Assembly: GCA_042584405.1 (NCBI GenBank)
Contig: JBHOSR010000004.1
Coordinates: forward strand, 1-54,264
Length of the DNA: 54,264 nucleotides
Source of the DNA: Bacteroidota bacterium
Lineage (GTDB): Bacteria > Bacteroidota > Bacteroidia > Bacteroidales > UBA12077
Reading direction: 5' to 3'
Shown here: piece by piece, positions 19,876-30,170 of the stretch
Numbering within the stretch: position 1 is the stretch's first letter
Layout of the letters: every line of letters begins with the position of its first letter
Position numbers and translations under genes: made by a program
Notes under the pieces: generated by a model
What the model was told of the DNA's origin: nothing
What the model saw: the letters and a program-made list of their open reading frames with translations, nothing else
The model's database searches: none

Positions 19876-20730
19876 TTATAATTGCTTAATCATTTCGAAT
19901 TGTTTACCAACTAATGGAATTAAAATTGAGTTCAAGAATCTTGCCAATGAATCACACCCGATCTCAGTATTTATAAATTTTATTGACTCATACTGATTTA
20001 ATTTCAATGCTTCTTTAAAAAGTAGACTTCCTATTCCATTTCTTCTATTTCTTTTGTCAACAGCTAATAGAGTAATATCTCCTGATTTTGGTTCAATTAC
20101 ACAATAACCTACTAACTGATTTTCTTTAAATGCACCAATAGCTTTGAAATCAACAGAATTTCTGAATATCGATTCAAAGCTGTTTTGCCATGATGGATTA
20201 AAATCATGAAATTCACCTAAGGAATTAATTTGAGTCAATTCGATTGACTTTATTTGATAGTGTTGGTTTGTATTTTTTTCTTGTAAATGAATGTTTTCAA
20301 TTTTTTGTGAAAAGTAATTAAACTCCCGTGTTACGTTGAAACCTAGTTTTTTATATAAGGAAACTGCTTTGGTGTTATGTTGTAATACTTCCAATAAATA
20401 TTGTTTCACTCCAGCTTCTTTCAAAAAAGGTAAAGAATATTCAAATATTTTTGTTGCAAGCCCTTCTCCACGATACTTTTTTATAGTTCCTGTACCTGTA
20501 TCATACGCGGTTTTAATACCATTAAATTCACCTATCCCATTAAATGTAAATGCAACCATTTTATCTTCATCAAATGCTCCAAAAGATAATTCAGGAACAA
20601 ATCCTCTTCGTGTTAACATTCTTTGGAGTTCATCCTTATTTAGTTGCATTTCGTAATCGACAAATGCTTCCTTAAATGATTCGTATAATAAATCAAAATC
20701 TATATTTTGTAATGATCTTAACTTAAACAT
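19876..20730 (-). CDS. Tandem GNAT acetyltransferase
   Basis: YRGEGLA...LEVLQHNTKAVSLYKKLGF, plus a second domain with RRNGIGS. Confidence 0.88.
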   Translation of the reverse strand: MFKLRSLQNIDFDLLYESFKEAFVDYEMQLNKDELQRMLTRRGFVPELSFGAFDEDKMVAFTFNGIGEFNGIKTAYDTGTGTIKKYRGEGLATKIFEYSLPFLKEAGVKQYLLEVLQHNTKAVSLYKKLGFNVTREFNYFSQKIENIHLQEKNTNQHYQIKSIELTQINSLGEFHDFNPSWQNSFESIFRNSVDFKAIGAFKENQLVGYCVIEPKSGDITLLAVDKRNRRNGIGSLLFKEALKLNQYESIKFINTEIGCDSLARFLNSILIPLVGKQFEMIKQL

Positions 20731-20748
20731 TTTTAATTATTTTTTAAG

Positions 20749-20889
20749 TTATTTATTATTTATGTTTTTCTTGCTATTCTTTGGTATGTGTATTTGTTCA
20801 TAAATTGAACACCACCATATGAAAGCGGCTCCCGCTAATAAGATACCTATGCCAGCAAGAAATTGTCCTAAATTTACTAATATTTCCAT
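20749..20889 (-). CDS. Small single-TM protein, 46 aa (absent from the ORF track)
   Basis: Read by hand: MEILVNLGQFLAGIGILLAGAAFIWWCSIYEQIHIPKNSKKNINNK. Fills the gap between co-oriented genes. Confidence 0.65.
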   Translation of the reverse strand: MEILVNLGQFLAGIGILLAGAAFIWWCSIYEQIHIPKNSKKNINNK

Positions 20890-20923
20890 ATTTCTTATTT
20901 TTTAGTTTGTAAATTTTTATGAT

Positions 20924-22051
20924 TTAATTATTACAAGTAACTAATTTATGAGTTAAGCCTTGTTTACTATTTATTTCATATTTATTTGCTCTATCGGCTT
21001 TTTTTAATCCAAAAACTGGTCTTAAAAAATTCACTCTTCTAATTATAAATTCATATAAGATAAAACATCCTATAAATGTTACAAAAACAGTTAAAACAAA
21101 TTTTAAACTTGTTGAAATATCAAGTAGGAAAATGAAATATGAGGCCAAGTATAAAAATATCATATGGATTATATAGATTGGATATGCTGCCTGACTTAAA
21201 TAACTTAATGCTTTGCTTGGGCGATTTAGGTATTTAAAAGCAAAACCAAATATCGAAAATATCCATACAATGGATTCAATGGCAACTAAATAATTTGGAG
21301 CTTCGAGATTAAAAACAGAAAGTCTTACCGCATAAAATGTGATTGCTATACATAAATACACCCACTTCCATTTTAGTACTGTTTGCCAAAATGCATTTCC
21401 TGTGATAACAAAACTAAAACCAAATAGAAATGCAAGGAATCCTAATACAAATCCATGAAAAGTCATCGCATACATAGTGTACATTTCGGGTTTAATAATT
21501 ATTGCCTCAAGTACAAATAAAACAGCAACTAGTAATAATCCAAGAGGATTGCTATACATGGTTTTCAACCATCTTATAATTTTCCCATTTTCATTTCTTT
21601 TTAAGTAAAAGAAAAATGGAATTAACAGAATAACATAGATAAATATATTTGCTAAGAACCATAAGTGTCCGCGACCAGGAGAATAGATCATTTCCTGGCT
21701 GTAATATTTCTGCCATAGAAATACATGAACTGGAACTATAAAGAATACCCCAAAAAGAAAAGGGATAAGTATTCTTTTGGTTCTTTCTACTATTAATTGT
21801 TTCCAGTTTCTCTTTCGAATAGCAAAACAAACACCCATTCCCGAAACAAAAAATAACAGAGGTATTCTCCATACATTTATCATAGCCATTGGTATCCATA
21901 GCCATTCCAATGCATTGTTACTCTGAATAAATCGGATAAATACTCCCCAGGGTTGAAATCCAATAGCGATATGATAAATTAAAAGTAATCCGATTGCTAT
22001 TACACGTAACCAATCTATATCGTATCTTCTATTTGTTTTAATTGTATTCAC
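20924..22051 (-). CDS. Acyltransferase-3 family membrane protein (OpgC-like)
   Basis: RRYDIDWLRV, YH, WRIPLLFFVSG, HLWFL, YPIYIIH. Start uncertain (GTG 22051 or TTG 22099). Confidence 0.85.
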   Translation of the reverse strand: MNTIKTNRRYDIDWLRVIAIGLLLIYHIAIGFQPWGVFIRFIQSNNALEWLWIPMAMINVWRIPLLFFVSGMGVCFAIRKRNWKQLIVERTKRILIPFLFGVFFIVPVHVFLWQKYYSQEMIYSPGRGHLWFLANIFIYVILLIPFFFYLKRNENGKIIRWLKTMYSNPLGLLLVAVLFVLEAIIIKPEMYTMYAMTFHGFVLGFLAFLFGFSFVITGNAFWQTVLKWKWVYLCIAITFYAVRLSVFNLEAPNYLVAIESIVWIFSIFGFAFKYLNRPSKALSYLSQAAYPIYIIHMIFLYLASYFIFLLDISTSLKFVLTVFVTFIGCFILYEFIIRRVNFLRPVFGLKKADRANKYEINSKQGLTHKLVTCNN

Positions 22052-22100
22052 AATAATAGTTTTTAAATTGATAAATAATAACAATCGAATTCTTAACAAA

Positions 22101-22685
22101 TTATTTTAACATTTCTGCAATAAGCGGACGAGTTGCTTCAATACGATCAAAATCTAGTTTTAAACCTAATGGTCCTAACTGCGTGGCAATTTGTTCATAT
22201 ATGGGTTTTACATTTAGGTATGGACCTGAAACAGATTCCAAAGCTGTTGAACCATAGCTATTTTTTAATGTTTTATCAGCACCTTTTTCTAATAAAGCTT
22301 TTACAATTTCAGTGCGACAAAAGAATGCAGCAGTATGAAGAGGTGTTGATCCTTCGTTATTTTTTATGTTTAAATCTGCTCCACCTTCCATTAAGGCAAT
22401 AGCAACTTCTGTTTTCCCAAATGTTGAAGCAATTGTAAGAGGTGTAGAACCGTATGCATCCTTCACATTTAAATTTGAACCAACCGCAATATGCTGTTTA
22501 ATTGCTTTAAGATCTCCCATAAAAGTAGCCGTATGTATATCCATACTTGGTGCTTTTACCTTTGTTTCTAAAGTTGCATTCTCTTTAACCGAGTTTTGTT
22601 GTGAGTTTCCGCAAGATGCCATAGTTAATGAAATAACTAAAGCCATTGTTACTGTTTTTACTGAATAATTCATTTGTGTTTTCAT
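22101..22685 (-). CDS. Ankyrin-repeat lipoprotein
   Basis: Lipobox MASC; repeats GSTPLTIA, GSTPLHTA, GSTAL. Confidence 0.88.
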   Translation of the reverse strand: MKTQMNYSVKTVTMALVISLTMASCGNSQQNSVKENATLETKVKAPSMDIHTATFMGDLKAIKQHIAVGSNLNVKDAYGSTPLTIASTFGKTEVAIALMEGGADLNIKNNEGSTPLHTAAFFCRTEIVKALLEKGADKTLKNSYGSTALESVSGPYLNVKPIYEQIATQLGPLGLKLDFDRIEATRPLIAEMLK

Positions 22686-22738
22686 CGTTTTTTGTTTTAA
22701 AGTTTAACATCGTTTTGATGATGTAAAGGTCTAACAAA

Positions 22739-22831
22739 CCGTGATGCATGACTTATCAATTATGTAGCCAATAATATTAAGTTTGATGAAGCTGTTGTAA
22801 TTATGATGCAAGAGTATAAATTATGACGCAA
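22739..22831. promoter_or_regulatory. Direct-repeat array, putative AraC-family binding sites
   Basis: AATTATGTAGCC (22758), AAGTTTGATGAA (22779), AATTATGATGCA (22799), AATTATGACGCA (22819), spaced 20-21 bp. Confidence 0.6.
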
Positions 22832-22989
22832 ATGCTTGCTTAAGGATCAAGAAAAGTAGGTGAAATAGAACTATTTGTTATTTAAAGAAATTAGTTTCCT
22901 CCTTACAGGTTGAAAGATGACAATTGTATCTTTATTCATTATTTGTATCTTTAACGAAAGATTAAATTTATCGATTGAAATTTTATACA

Positions 22990-25047
22990 ATGCAAGATTC
23001 CTACTCTATAGAAAATGAGTTTATAAATAAGATTACTGAAATTATAGAGAAGAACATTTCAAACGAAAGGTTTGGAGTGTCTGAACTTGCTGCTGAAATA
23101 GGAATGAGTCGTTCCAATTTGCTTCGGAAGGTTCAAAAACTTACAAAGTTATCGGTTAGCAAATTTATTAGTCAGATTCGATTACAATACGCAATGGAAA
23201 TATTAAAAGAAGGTTCTTGTAATGTTTCAGAAGTTTCGTTTAAAGTTGGTTTTAGTAGCACGTCTTATTTCATTAAATGTTTTCGTGAATATTACGGATA
23301 TCCACCCGGAGAAATTGGTAAACATGATGATAAAACTAAACTTAAACCATTACAGCAAACAAAAGCAATTAGCAGAAAACTTTATTGGGGAATTGGTCTT
23401 TTGGCAATAGTATTATCAATTATATTGTTTTTTGTTACATATCTTGTTTCTTTAAAACCTAAAGTACTTGAAAAATCAATAGCGGTTCTGCCATTTAAAA
23501 ATGACAGCAACGATTCTACCAATGTGTATATCATAAATGGTTTAATGGAATCTATTCTGAATAATCTACAAAAAATTGAAGAATTAAGAGTTTTAAGTAG
23601 AACTTCAGTTGAAAAGTATAGAAATACATCGAAAACAATACCTGAAATTGCTCAAGAGCTGAATGTGAATTATTTTGTTGAAGGCAGTGGGCAAAAAATT
23701 GGAGATCGGATATTATTGAATGTTCAGCTGATTGAAGCTCAAAGTGATAAGCATTTGTGGGCTGAACAGTACGAAAGGGAGACGAAAGATATTTTTCAAT
23801 TGCAAATGGATGTAGCCAGAAATATTGCAGGAAATATCAAAGTAATAATCACCCCGGAAGAGGAAAAAAGAATTAATAAAATTCCTACTGACAATCTGAT
23901 TGCATACGATTATTTTTTAAAAGGACTTGATTTATTTTATAAAGGTGGTACTGAAAATTTATTGGAAGCTATTGAATATTATAAAAAAGCTGTTGAGCTG
24001 GACAGTGAATTTGCACGAGCATATGCCGGTATCGCTATTGCCTATTACTTTTTAGACGTATTTCAAACAGAAAAACTATATACAGAACAAATAACAAACT
24101 TTGCTGATAAGGCCTTATTATTGGATCCTCAGCTTGCTCAAAGTTTAATTGCAAAGGCATTATCATACATGATTAGTGGGGAAAATGAATTAGCAGTTCC
24201 TTATCTCGAAAAAGCCTTAGAATACAATCCGAATTCGGCTGTTGTTATTAATATTTTATCTGATTTTTACACAAGTAACATTCCTAATACTGAAAAATAT
24301 CTCGAATATGCTCTCAAGGGCATTCAATTAGATATCGCAGCACATGATTCTGTTACTGCAAGTTTTATATACTTACATGTGAGTAATGCTTTGATTCAAT
24401 CGGGGTTTATTGAAGAAGCTGAAACGTATATTAACAAATCGCTCGTGTATAATCCTCAAAATATATATTCTGACTATGTAAGGGCTTATATACTTTATGC
24501 TAAAAATAAAGATCTAAAACAAAGTGAAAAATTATTGGTCAAGACTTTGGAAAAGGATACGACCCGATTAGATGTGTTGCAGGAAGTAGGTAAAATTTAT
24601 TATTACCAGAGAGACTATGAAAGTGCTTATACATATTATAAAAAATTTATAGATGTTAAAAAAGCACTGAGTCTTGATATATATCCTTCAGAAAATTCGA
24701 AAATTGGAGTTGTATTAGCGGAAGTTGGATTAATAGATGAATCTGAGAAATTATTTAATGAATATAGATACTATGCTGAAAATGATCAATCTATATACAG
24801 GAATTTAAGCTTATCAATGTATTATTCCTATATAGGTGATTCGTTAAAAGCTATTGAGCATTTGAAATTATTTTCTGAAGAAGACAATTATTTTTATTGG
24901 TTAATTCTATTTTTAGAAATAGATCCATTAATTGATAAAATGAAAGATGATCCGGAATATAAAAAAATACTTCAAGATATAGAGACCAAATTCTGGAATT
25001 ACCATAAGAAGGTTAAGGCTTCATTGGAAGACAAAGAATTACTATAA
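22990..25047 (+). CDS. Membrane-spanning regulator: N-terminal AraC HTH, single TM, TolB-like domain, TPR repeats
   Basis: GMSRSNLLRK...VGFSSTSYFIKCFREYYGYPP; TM; KSIAVLPFKN...RVLSRTS...VEGS; AYDYFLKG; TPR motifs. ATG 22990. Confidence 0.88.
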   Translation: MQDSYSIENEFINKITEIIEKNISNERFGVSELAAEIGMSRSNLLRKVQKLTKLSVSKFISQIRLQYAMEILKEGSCNVSEVSFKVGFSSTSYFIKCFREYYGYPPGEIGKHDDKTKLKPLQQTKAISRKLYWGIGLLAIVLSIILFFVTYLVSLKPKVLEKSIAVLPFKNDSNDSTNVYIINGLMESILNNLQKIEELRVLSRTSVEKYRNTSKTIPEIAQELNVNYFVEGSGQKIGDRILLNVQLIEAQSDKHLWAEQYERETKDIFQLQMDVARNIAGNIKVIITPEEEKRINKIPTDNLIAYDYFLKGLDLFYKGGTENLLEAIEYYKKAVELDSEFARAYAGIAIAYYFLDVFQTEKLYTEQITNFADKALLLDPQLAQSLIAKALSYMISGENELAVPYLEKALEYNPNSAVVINILSDFYTSNIPNTEKYLEYALKGIQLDIAAHDSVTASFIYLHVSNALIQSGFIEEAETYINKSLVYNPQNIYSDYVRAYILYAKNKDLKQSEKLLVKTLEKDTTRLDVLQEVGKIYYYQRDYESAYTYYKKFIDVKKALSLDIYPSENSKIGVVLAEVGLIDESEKLFNEYRYYAENDQSIYRNLSLSMYYSYIGDSLKAIEHLKLFSEEDNYFYWLILFLEIDPLIDKMKDDPEYKKILQDIETKFWNYHKKVKASLEDKELL

Positions 25048-25072
25048 CACTTATGTAAACTTATAATTTTGT

Positions 25073-28000
25073 TTATATCTTAAATCCTAAGATTATGATA
25101 TCATCGACTTGCGGCTCCTCTCCTTTCCAGTCTTCCAGAGTATCATTAAGTATTTCTAATTGTTCTTGAGCCGATTTATTTGAAATTTCCAGAAGTAGGT
25201 TGTTTAGATTTTTCGGTAAAAATTTCTTTTTGTTTTCACCACCAAACTGATCTTGAAACCCATCGGAATATAAATATAAGGAGTCACCTTTATGGATCTC
25301 TATAATATTATTTGTAAATGATTTCTTTTCTTTTATAAATATACCAATGGGCATTTTATCACCACTATGTTTAATTATTTCATTGTTTCTAATTAAGATT
25401 AAAGGATTATAAGCCCCTGCAAAATGAATGGTTTGATCTTTTCGGTTTAACACACAAAGTGAAATATCCATTCCATCTTTTGCTTCATTGTCTTTACCTG
25501 TTTGTCTTAGTGCGCTTTTAATTTCTTCGCGTAATAGAGTTAAAATGTCGCCAGCTGTAAAAGAATCTGGTATTTGGCTCATAATTTGATCAAGTAAAGA
25601 AATACCCAAAATACTCATAAATGCACCCGGAACTCCATGTCCTGTGCAATCAGCTGCAGCAACGACTATATTTCCGTTTTTAGCATTTAAATAATAAAAA
25701 TCGCCACTTACAATATCTCTTGGCCTAAAAAATATGAAGTGCTCACCCAGATATTTTACAAAATTTTCCTTGGGTGGTAACACAGCTCTTTGTATACGAC
25801 TTGCATATTCAATGCTCGCAGTAATATTTTTGTTTTGTAATTCAATTTTATCGCGTTGTTCCGTTACATAATTTCGTTGAGCTTCAATTTCATCTCTTTG
25901 TGCTTCAATTTCTTCTTTTTGTTGCATTATTTCAGCGGTACGTTTTCTAACTTCTTCTTCTAGAATTTCTTTATCACGCTTTAACTTTTTTAATTTCGCC
26001 TTAATATAGGCGAATATTATTATTAGAATCAAAATAATTGATGCTGATATAAACCAAATGGTTTCCCAAAAAGGTTTCTTTATGCGAAATGAGAATTTGG
26101 AATCAGGACTATCAATCCATTTTCCTCCCGAATAATTTACCTGTACTACAAATTTATATTCACCTGGAGGTATATTAGAATATGTTACCATACGAAGGTT
26201 AGTTGCAGGATTCCAATCCATTTCAAAACCATTCAGTTTATAGCGATATTTTAAGTCTTCAGATGACTTGAACCAAAGCGCAGTATAGTTAAAAGTCAGA
26301 TAATTATCGTTGTATTTAAGAGTTGTATTTTCGCCTAGAATAGTTTCTGAAAAGAGTCTTTTTTGAGTAATAAAAATTTTGGGTAATATTTCAAGTGAAT
26401 CGTTGCTGTCTGCATTTAATTTAACTATTCCAGATGCACTACCAATCCAAATATTATCGTCTTTATCCTTATAAACAGCGTTTAAATTAGGTTCTAAATA
26501 GGCAACTCCTGCTGATTCACCAGTATATTCAAAAGAACTATCTTTAATGATGAATTTATCAATACCCTCATTACTAATAATTACTGGATTACCCATTAAA
26601 TCTGTTGTTATTCCTTGAATAATATTGCTTTTTAATCCATTTTCTTCATTAAAATTTTGAAAGGTATTTCCGTCATACTTATATAATCCGTGGTTTGCGC
26701 AGTTATACCAGATGTTATTATTACAATCTTCTATTACCGCATAAACTGTTTTTTTAACAGAATCAAGTTTGGGATTTGAAGACTTGTGAATACTATCATT
26801 TTTAAAATATACAACACCTCCCCCGTCTGTTGCAATCCAGGTTCTGTCTTTTGAATCGGTAAAAGTAGAATAAACATAATCTGATGTTAAACCGTCGGCT
26901 GTTGTATAATTTCTGAACTCATCGGTATTACTAACACAATATTTTGTTACACCGCCTCCAAGTGTCGATAACCATATATTTTCCTTATTACCAGATATAT
27001 GAATAATATTATCGTTCGATAAACCATTTTCTGAGTTGTAATTTGTAATTTCAAGCGTAATAGGATTAATTTTAAAAACTCCGTATCCATATGTTCCAGC
27101 CCAAATATTACCCAAATCATCTTTGTATAGCGATATAAAAGAATATGAATTATCAGGATCGTAAAATAGAAGTTTCTGGTTAATCTCTCCTATTTTGTCC
27201 TTATTAACGATGTATAATCCTTCTTGTGATGCAACCCAATAGTTTCCTAAGTCGTCAATAACAAAGCTAAAAATGTCTTTAATTGTAAATCCATCATTCT
27301 CGTTAAGAAATTCAATATTGTTATTCTTTCTTAAAGACAATCCATTGCGTGTTCCTATCCATATATTATTTTCACGATCTTTGAAAATAGATTTGGTTCT
27401 GGTATCGGTTAAATCGTTATTTTTTCCATATACCGTATACCAAACATGATCATTCTTATCGTAATTTACTTTAATAATTCCTTTTCGTTTTGTGCTAATC
27501 CATAATTCTTTATCAGAAATACAAATGAAATTATTTATAGATCCAAATTCCCAATCTAAGGTTTGTGAAAATTCTTTATTAATTAAATTGTATTTACTAA
27601 TTCCACCATCTTCCATCGCAATCCACAAATCTGATTTATTAATAATCATATGCTTCACAATATTGTCTGGTAATCCGTCCGACATGGTTATTTCATCAAT
27701 AAATTCTTTACGATTGGGATTATATACAGAAATGCCTTTATCCGTTGAGAAATAAAGTAAAGAATCATGCTGAATTATATCATAAACATAATTGTCTAGA
27801 AGGCCATTCTCAGTACTTAAATTATAAAGTCTTTTGCGGTTTTGACCTTTATAATAATAAACACCTTCTCCGAAGGTAGAAAACCATAGTACATTCATTT
27901 TATCGATAAAAAATGAAGAAATTACTTCAGCTGGCAAACCTTCTTCCGGATCGAATTTTGTGAATTCGAATCCATTATATGACGTGATTTTTCCAGTTTT

Positions 28001-28291
28001 GTGACCTATCCATAAAATACTATTAGAATCTTCTCCAATTGTTGAAATATTAATATCGTAGAGACCATCTTTCTCTGTAAACAAATGGAAATCTACTCCG
28101 TCGTATTTAACTAAACCATAATTGGTACCTAACCAAATATATCCTTTATGATCCTGAAAAATTGCTGAGACTTCAACACTTTTTTTATTCTTTAAAACTT
28201 TATAAGAATCAAATCTTGGACTTTGAGCATGTAATCCAATAAATATTAAGAATAATATTAAAGTTAATATAAGATGTATTCGATGCTTCAT
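25073..28291 (-). CDS. Sensor phosphatase: beta-propeller/Y_Y_Y periplasmic region, TM, coiled coil, SpoIIE/PP2C domain
   Basis: Repeated D..G.IW.GT motifs, YRYKLNG...YSNIPPGEY, IVSGDFY, ADCTGHGVPGA, DGMD, SDGFQDQFGG, QVDDI. Confidence 0.92.
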   Translation of the reverse strand: MKHRIHLILTLILFLIFIGLHAQSPRFDSYKVLKNKKSVEVSAIFQDHKGYIWLGTNYGLVKYDGVDFHLFTEKDGLYDINISTIGEDSNSILWIGHKTGKITSYNGFEFTKFDPEEGLPAEVISSFFIDKMNVLWFSTFGEGVYYYKGQNRKRLYNLSTENGLLDNYVYDIIQHDSLLYFSTDKGISVYNPNRKEFIDEITMSDGLPDNIVKHMIINKSDLWIAMEDGGISKYNLINKEFSQTLDWEFGSINNFICISDKELWISTKRKGIIKVNYDKNDHVWYTVYGKNNDLTDTRTKSIFKDRENNIWIGTRNGLSLRKNNNIEFLNENDGFTIKDIFSFVIDDLGNYWVASQEGLYIVNKDKIGEINQKLLFYDPDNSYSFISLYKDDLGNIWAGTYGYGVFKINPITLEITNYNSENGLSNDNIIHISGNKENIWLSTLGGGVTKYCVSNTDEFRNYTTADGLTSDYVYSTFTDSKDRTWIATDGGGVVYFKNDSIHKSSNPKLDSVKKTVYAVIEDCNNNIWYNCANHGLYKYDGNTFQNFNEENGLKSNIIQGITTDLMGNPVIISNEGIDKFIIKDSSFEYTGESAGVAYLEPNLNAVYKDKDDNIWIGSASGIVKLNADSNDSLEILPKIFITQKRLFSETILGENTTLKYNDNYLTFNYTALWFKSSEDLKYRYKLNGFEMDWNPATNLRMVTYSNIPPGEYKFVVQVNYSGGKWIDSPDSKFSFRIKKPFWETIWFISASIILILIIIFAYIKAKLKKLKRDKEILEEEVRKRTAEIMQQKEEIEAQRDEIEAQRNYVTEQRDKIELQNKNITASIEYASRIQRAVLPPKENFVKYLGEHFIFFRPRDIVSGDFYYLNAKNGNIVVAAADCTGHGVPGAFMSILGISLLDQIMSQIPDSFTAGDILTLLREEIKSALRQTGKDNEAKDGMDISLCVLNRKDQTIHFAGAYNPLILIRNNEIIKHSGDKMPIGIFIKEKKSFTNNIIEIHKGDSLYLYSDGFQDQFGGENKKKFLPKNLNNLLLEISNKSAQEQLEILNDTLEDWKGEEPQVDDIIILGFKI

Positions 28292-28836
28292 TATTTTTTG
28301 GGAACTAATTCAAGATCAACATTTATAATAATCTCTTCTGCAATTTTTTGGCTAACAACTGTTGGTATCTTTATATTATGATCTTCGAGTAAAACGGTAA
28401 ACTCTGAACTTACCGAGATTTTGTTTTGAGCAATAATTATTTTGCATTTTAAAATTCTTTCTTGTTTAACTCCATGACATGTAAAACTCCCTTTCGCTCT
28501 TACATTGTATGTGCCAGGTGTTTTAAAATCTATTTCTTCAATAATTTTGCCTTCGAAAATAGTATTTGGATATTTGGCTGATTCCAAGTAATTTTCATTA
28601 AAATGTGTTTTTTGAAGAGAACTATTAAATCCTTCGAAACTTTTCATTGGAACACGGAAAGCAAACGATCTATCAGAAATTTTCAGAATTCCTATTAACT
28701 CATCTGAAGCCGCTTCAATTAATTCAAGCGGGGCATCTGATGTAAATTCAATTTCACTTTCTGATAGTATAAATAAATCTTGTGCAAATAAACTTGAAAC
28801 AAATAATAAAAGAATTACTGTGAATGTTGCTTTCAT
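28291..28836 (-). CDS. YceI family protein
   Basis: Signal peptide, IEFTSDAPLE, HFNENYLES.KYP, G.FTCHGV, DHNIKIP. ATG 28836; TAATG overlap with the next gene. Confidence 0.88.
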   Translation of the reverse strand: MKATFTVILLLFVSSLFAQDLFILSESEIEFTSDAPLELIEAASDELIGILKISDRSFAFRVPMKSFEGFNSSLQKTHFNENYLESAKYPNTIFEGKIIEEIDFKTPGTYNVRAKGSFTCHGVKQERILKCKIIIAQNKISVSSEFTVLLEDHNIKIPTVVSQKIAEEIIINVDLELVPKK

Positions 28837-28846
28837 AACTATATTT

Positions 28847-29722
28847 CTATTTAAAACTAAATAATCGAATGATATTAAATCCAATTCCTACGTCACCATT
28901 TATCCATTCTCCCATTGTTTCTGTTATAAATGCTTTTTCTGTCATTCCATTTGAATTGGTTGCATGTATTTGAAAAACGTGTCCACCAGTTTCTATTTCA
29001 ATACCTATGGCGAGTGAATTATTGTACTTATCGGCTGTATTTCCAGGGATAAGATAATAATATTCACCAACAGCAGTAAATCTATTAGTTATTTTGTATC
29101 TGCCTCCTATACCTACAGCTCCAACAGTATTTTGATCTTCACGAGTTTCAACCATATTTCGGTGAATAATTACCGGAGATAATTGTAATGATAATTTTTC
29201 GGTAAATTTTCGGGCTATAAATAATTCATGAATATAGTAAAAACGTCCTGTGAGTGGATAATCAACTTCATCATTTGTCCACTCTTGTGTTCTAACTGAT
29301 ATTCCTTCGAGCCAGGTTATTGTTACCGGAAAACTTTTCTTCCCTGAAGATTGTTGTGTTAATTTAACTTTTATAAAACCATCAATAATGTCTTCAAAGT
29401 TACTTCGCCCGATACCAAGATCTATGCGGTCGTTTAAACCATATTCAAAACCAAATCTTATGGTTGATTGATCAAGACCGTAAAAATCTTTTATACCTCC
29501 GTTTATGTTACCAAATCGATGTGAAATTGAAAATATTAGCTCTTTTTTCGCTGCTGTTTCACTGGTATAACCATTAATTAGTCGAACACTTTTAAAGGTT
29601 CCTTCAACGTACTGATTCTTGTCTGTTTCTGGTTGTATAGAATCGAGCATTGAAAGTAAATCCTGACCATATCCATTCAGTTGGATACATAAAATGCAAA
29701 TAAGGAAATAAAGTTTTTTCAT
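28847..29722 (-). CDS. Outer-membrane beta-barrel, DUF5777-like
   Basis: QDLLSML, TFKSVRLING, ISHRFG, FYGLD, IETGGHVFQIH.TN, terminal GFNIIRLF. Confidence 0.82.
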   Translation of the reverse strand: MKKLYFLICILCIQLNGYGQDLLSMLDSIQPETDKNQYVEGTFKSVRLINGYTSETAAKKELIFSISHRFGNINGGIKDFYGLDQSTIRFGFEYGLNDRIDLGIGRSNFEDIIDGFIKVKLTQQSSGKKSFPVTITWLEGISVRTQEWTNDEVDYPLTGRFYYIHELFIARKFTEKLSLQLSPVIIHRNMVETREDQNTVGAVGIGGRYKITNRFTAVGEYYYLIPGNTADKYNNSLAIGIEIETGGHVFQIHATNSNGMTEKAFITETMGEWINGDVGIGFNIIRLFSFK

Positions 29723-29728
29723 AGCAAA

Positions 29729-30106
29729 CTAATTTTCAGGCATTCCAGCATTTATCCATGCTTCAATTTTTTCAATATCACAATCGGATAATTTTGGTCG
29801 CTCGAAAGGCATTTTATATTGACCTTCATGTTTTATTGCAGGTAAAACACGATCTGTGTTTATTGAGATTCTAACATTCTCAATCGTATTCATTTTAATA
29901 TCTCTATAGAATAAGGTCTCATTATGACAATCAGCACAATTATCTGAAAAAATATATGTTAAATCATTATATACTATTCCTACTGTATCACATTGGAAAT
30001 CTTTAAGTAGATCTTCTTCATTATCGTAAGTACATGACGAAAAGTAATTTATTATAAATGTTAAAATCAGTACTTTACCTACCAAAATGTATTTTAAGAC
30101 TTTCAT
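29729..30106 (-). CDS. Monoheme cytochrome c lipoprotein
   Basis: Lipobox FSSC then TYDNEED; CADCH heme motif; KMP distal Met; WINAG. Confidence 0.85.
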   Translation of the reverse strand: MKVLKYILVGKVLILTFIINYFSSCTYDNEEDLLKDFQCDTVGIVYNDLTYIFSDNCADCHNETLFYRDIKMNTIENVRISINTDRVLPAIKHEGQYKMPFERPKLSDCDIEKIEAWINAGMPEN

Positions 30107-30170
30107 AATGAATAAATGATTTTACATAAAAATACTCAATTTAAATATAAATAACCATTATTGGATTATA

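Noticed and set aside
18635-22831. Phased repeats as possible CRISPR arrays
   Set aside because: Units are short and degenerate, spacers are under 10 nt, and there are no cas genes; they fit operators.
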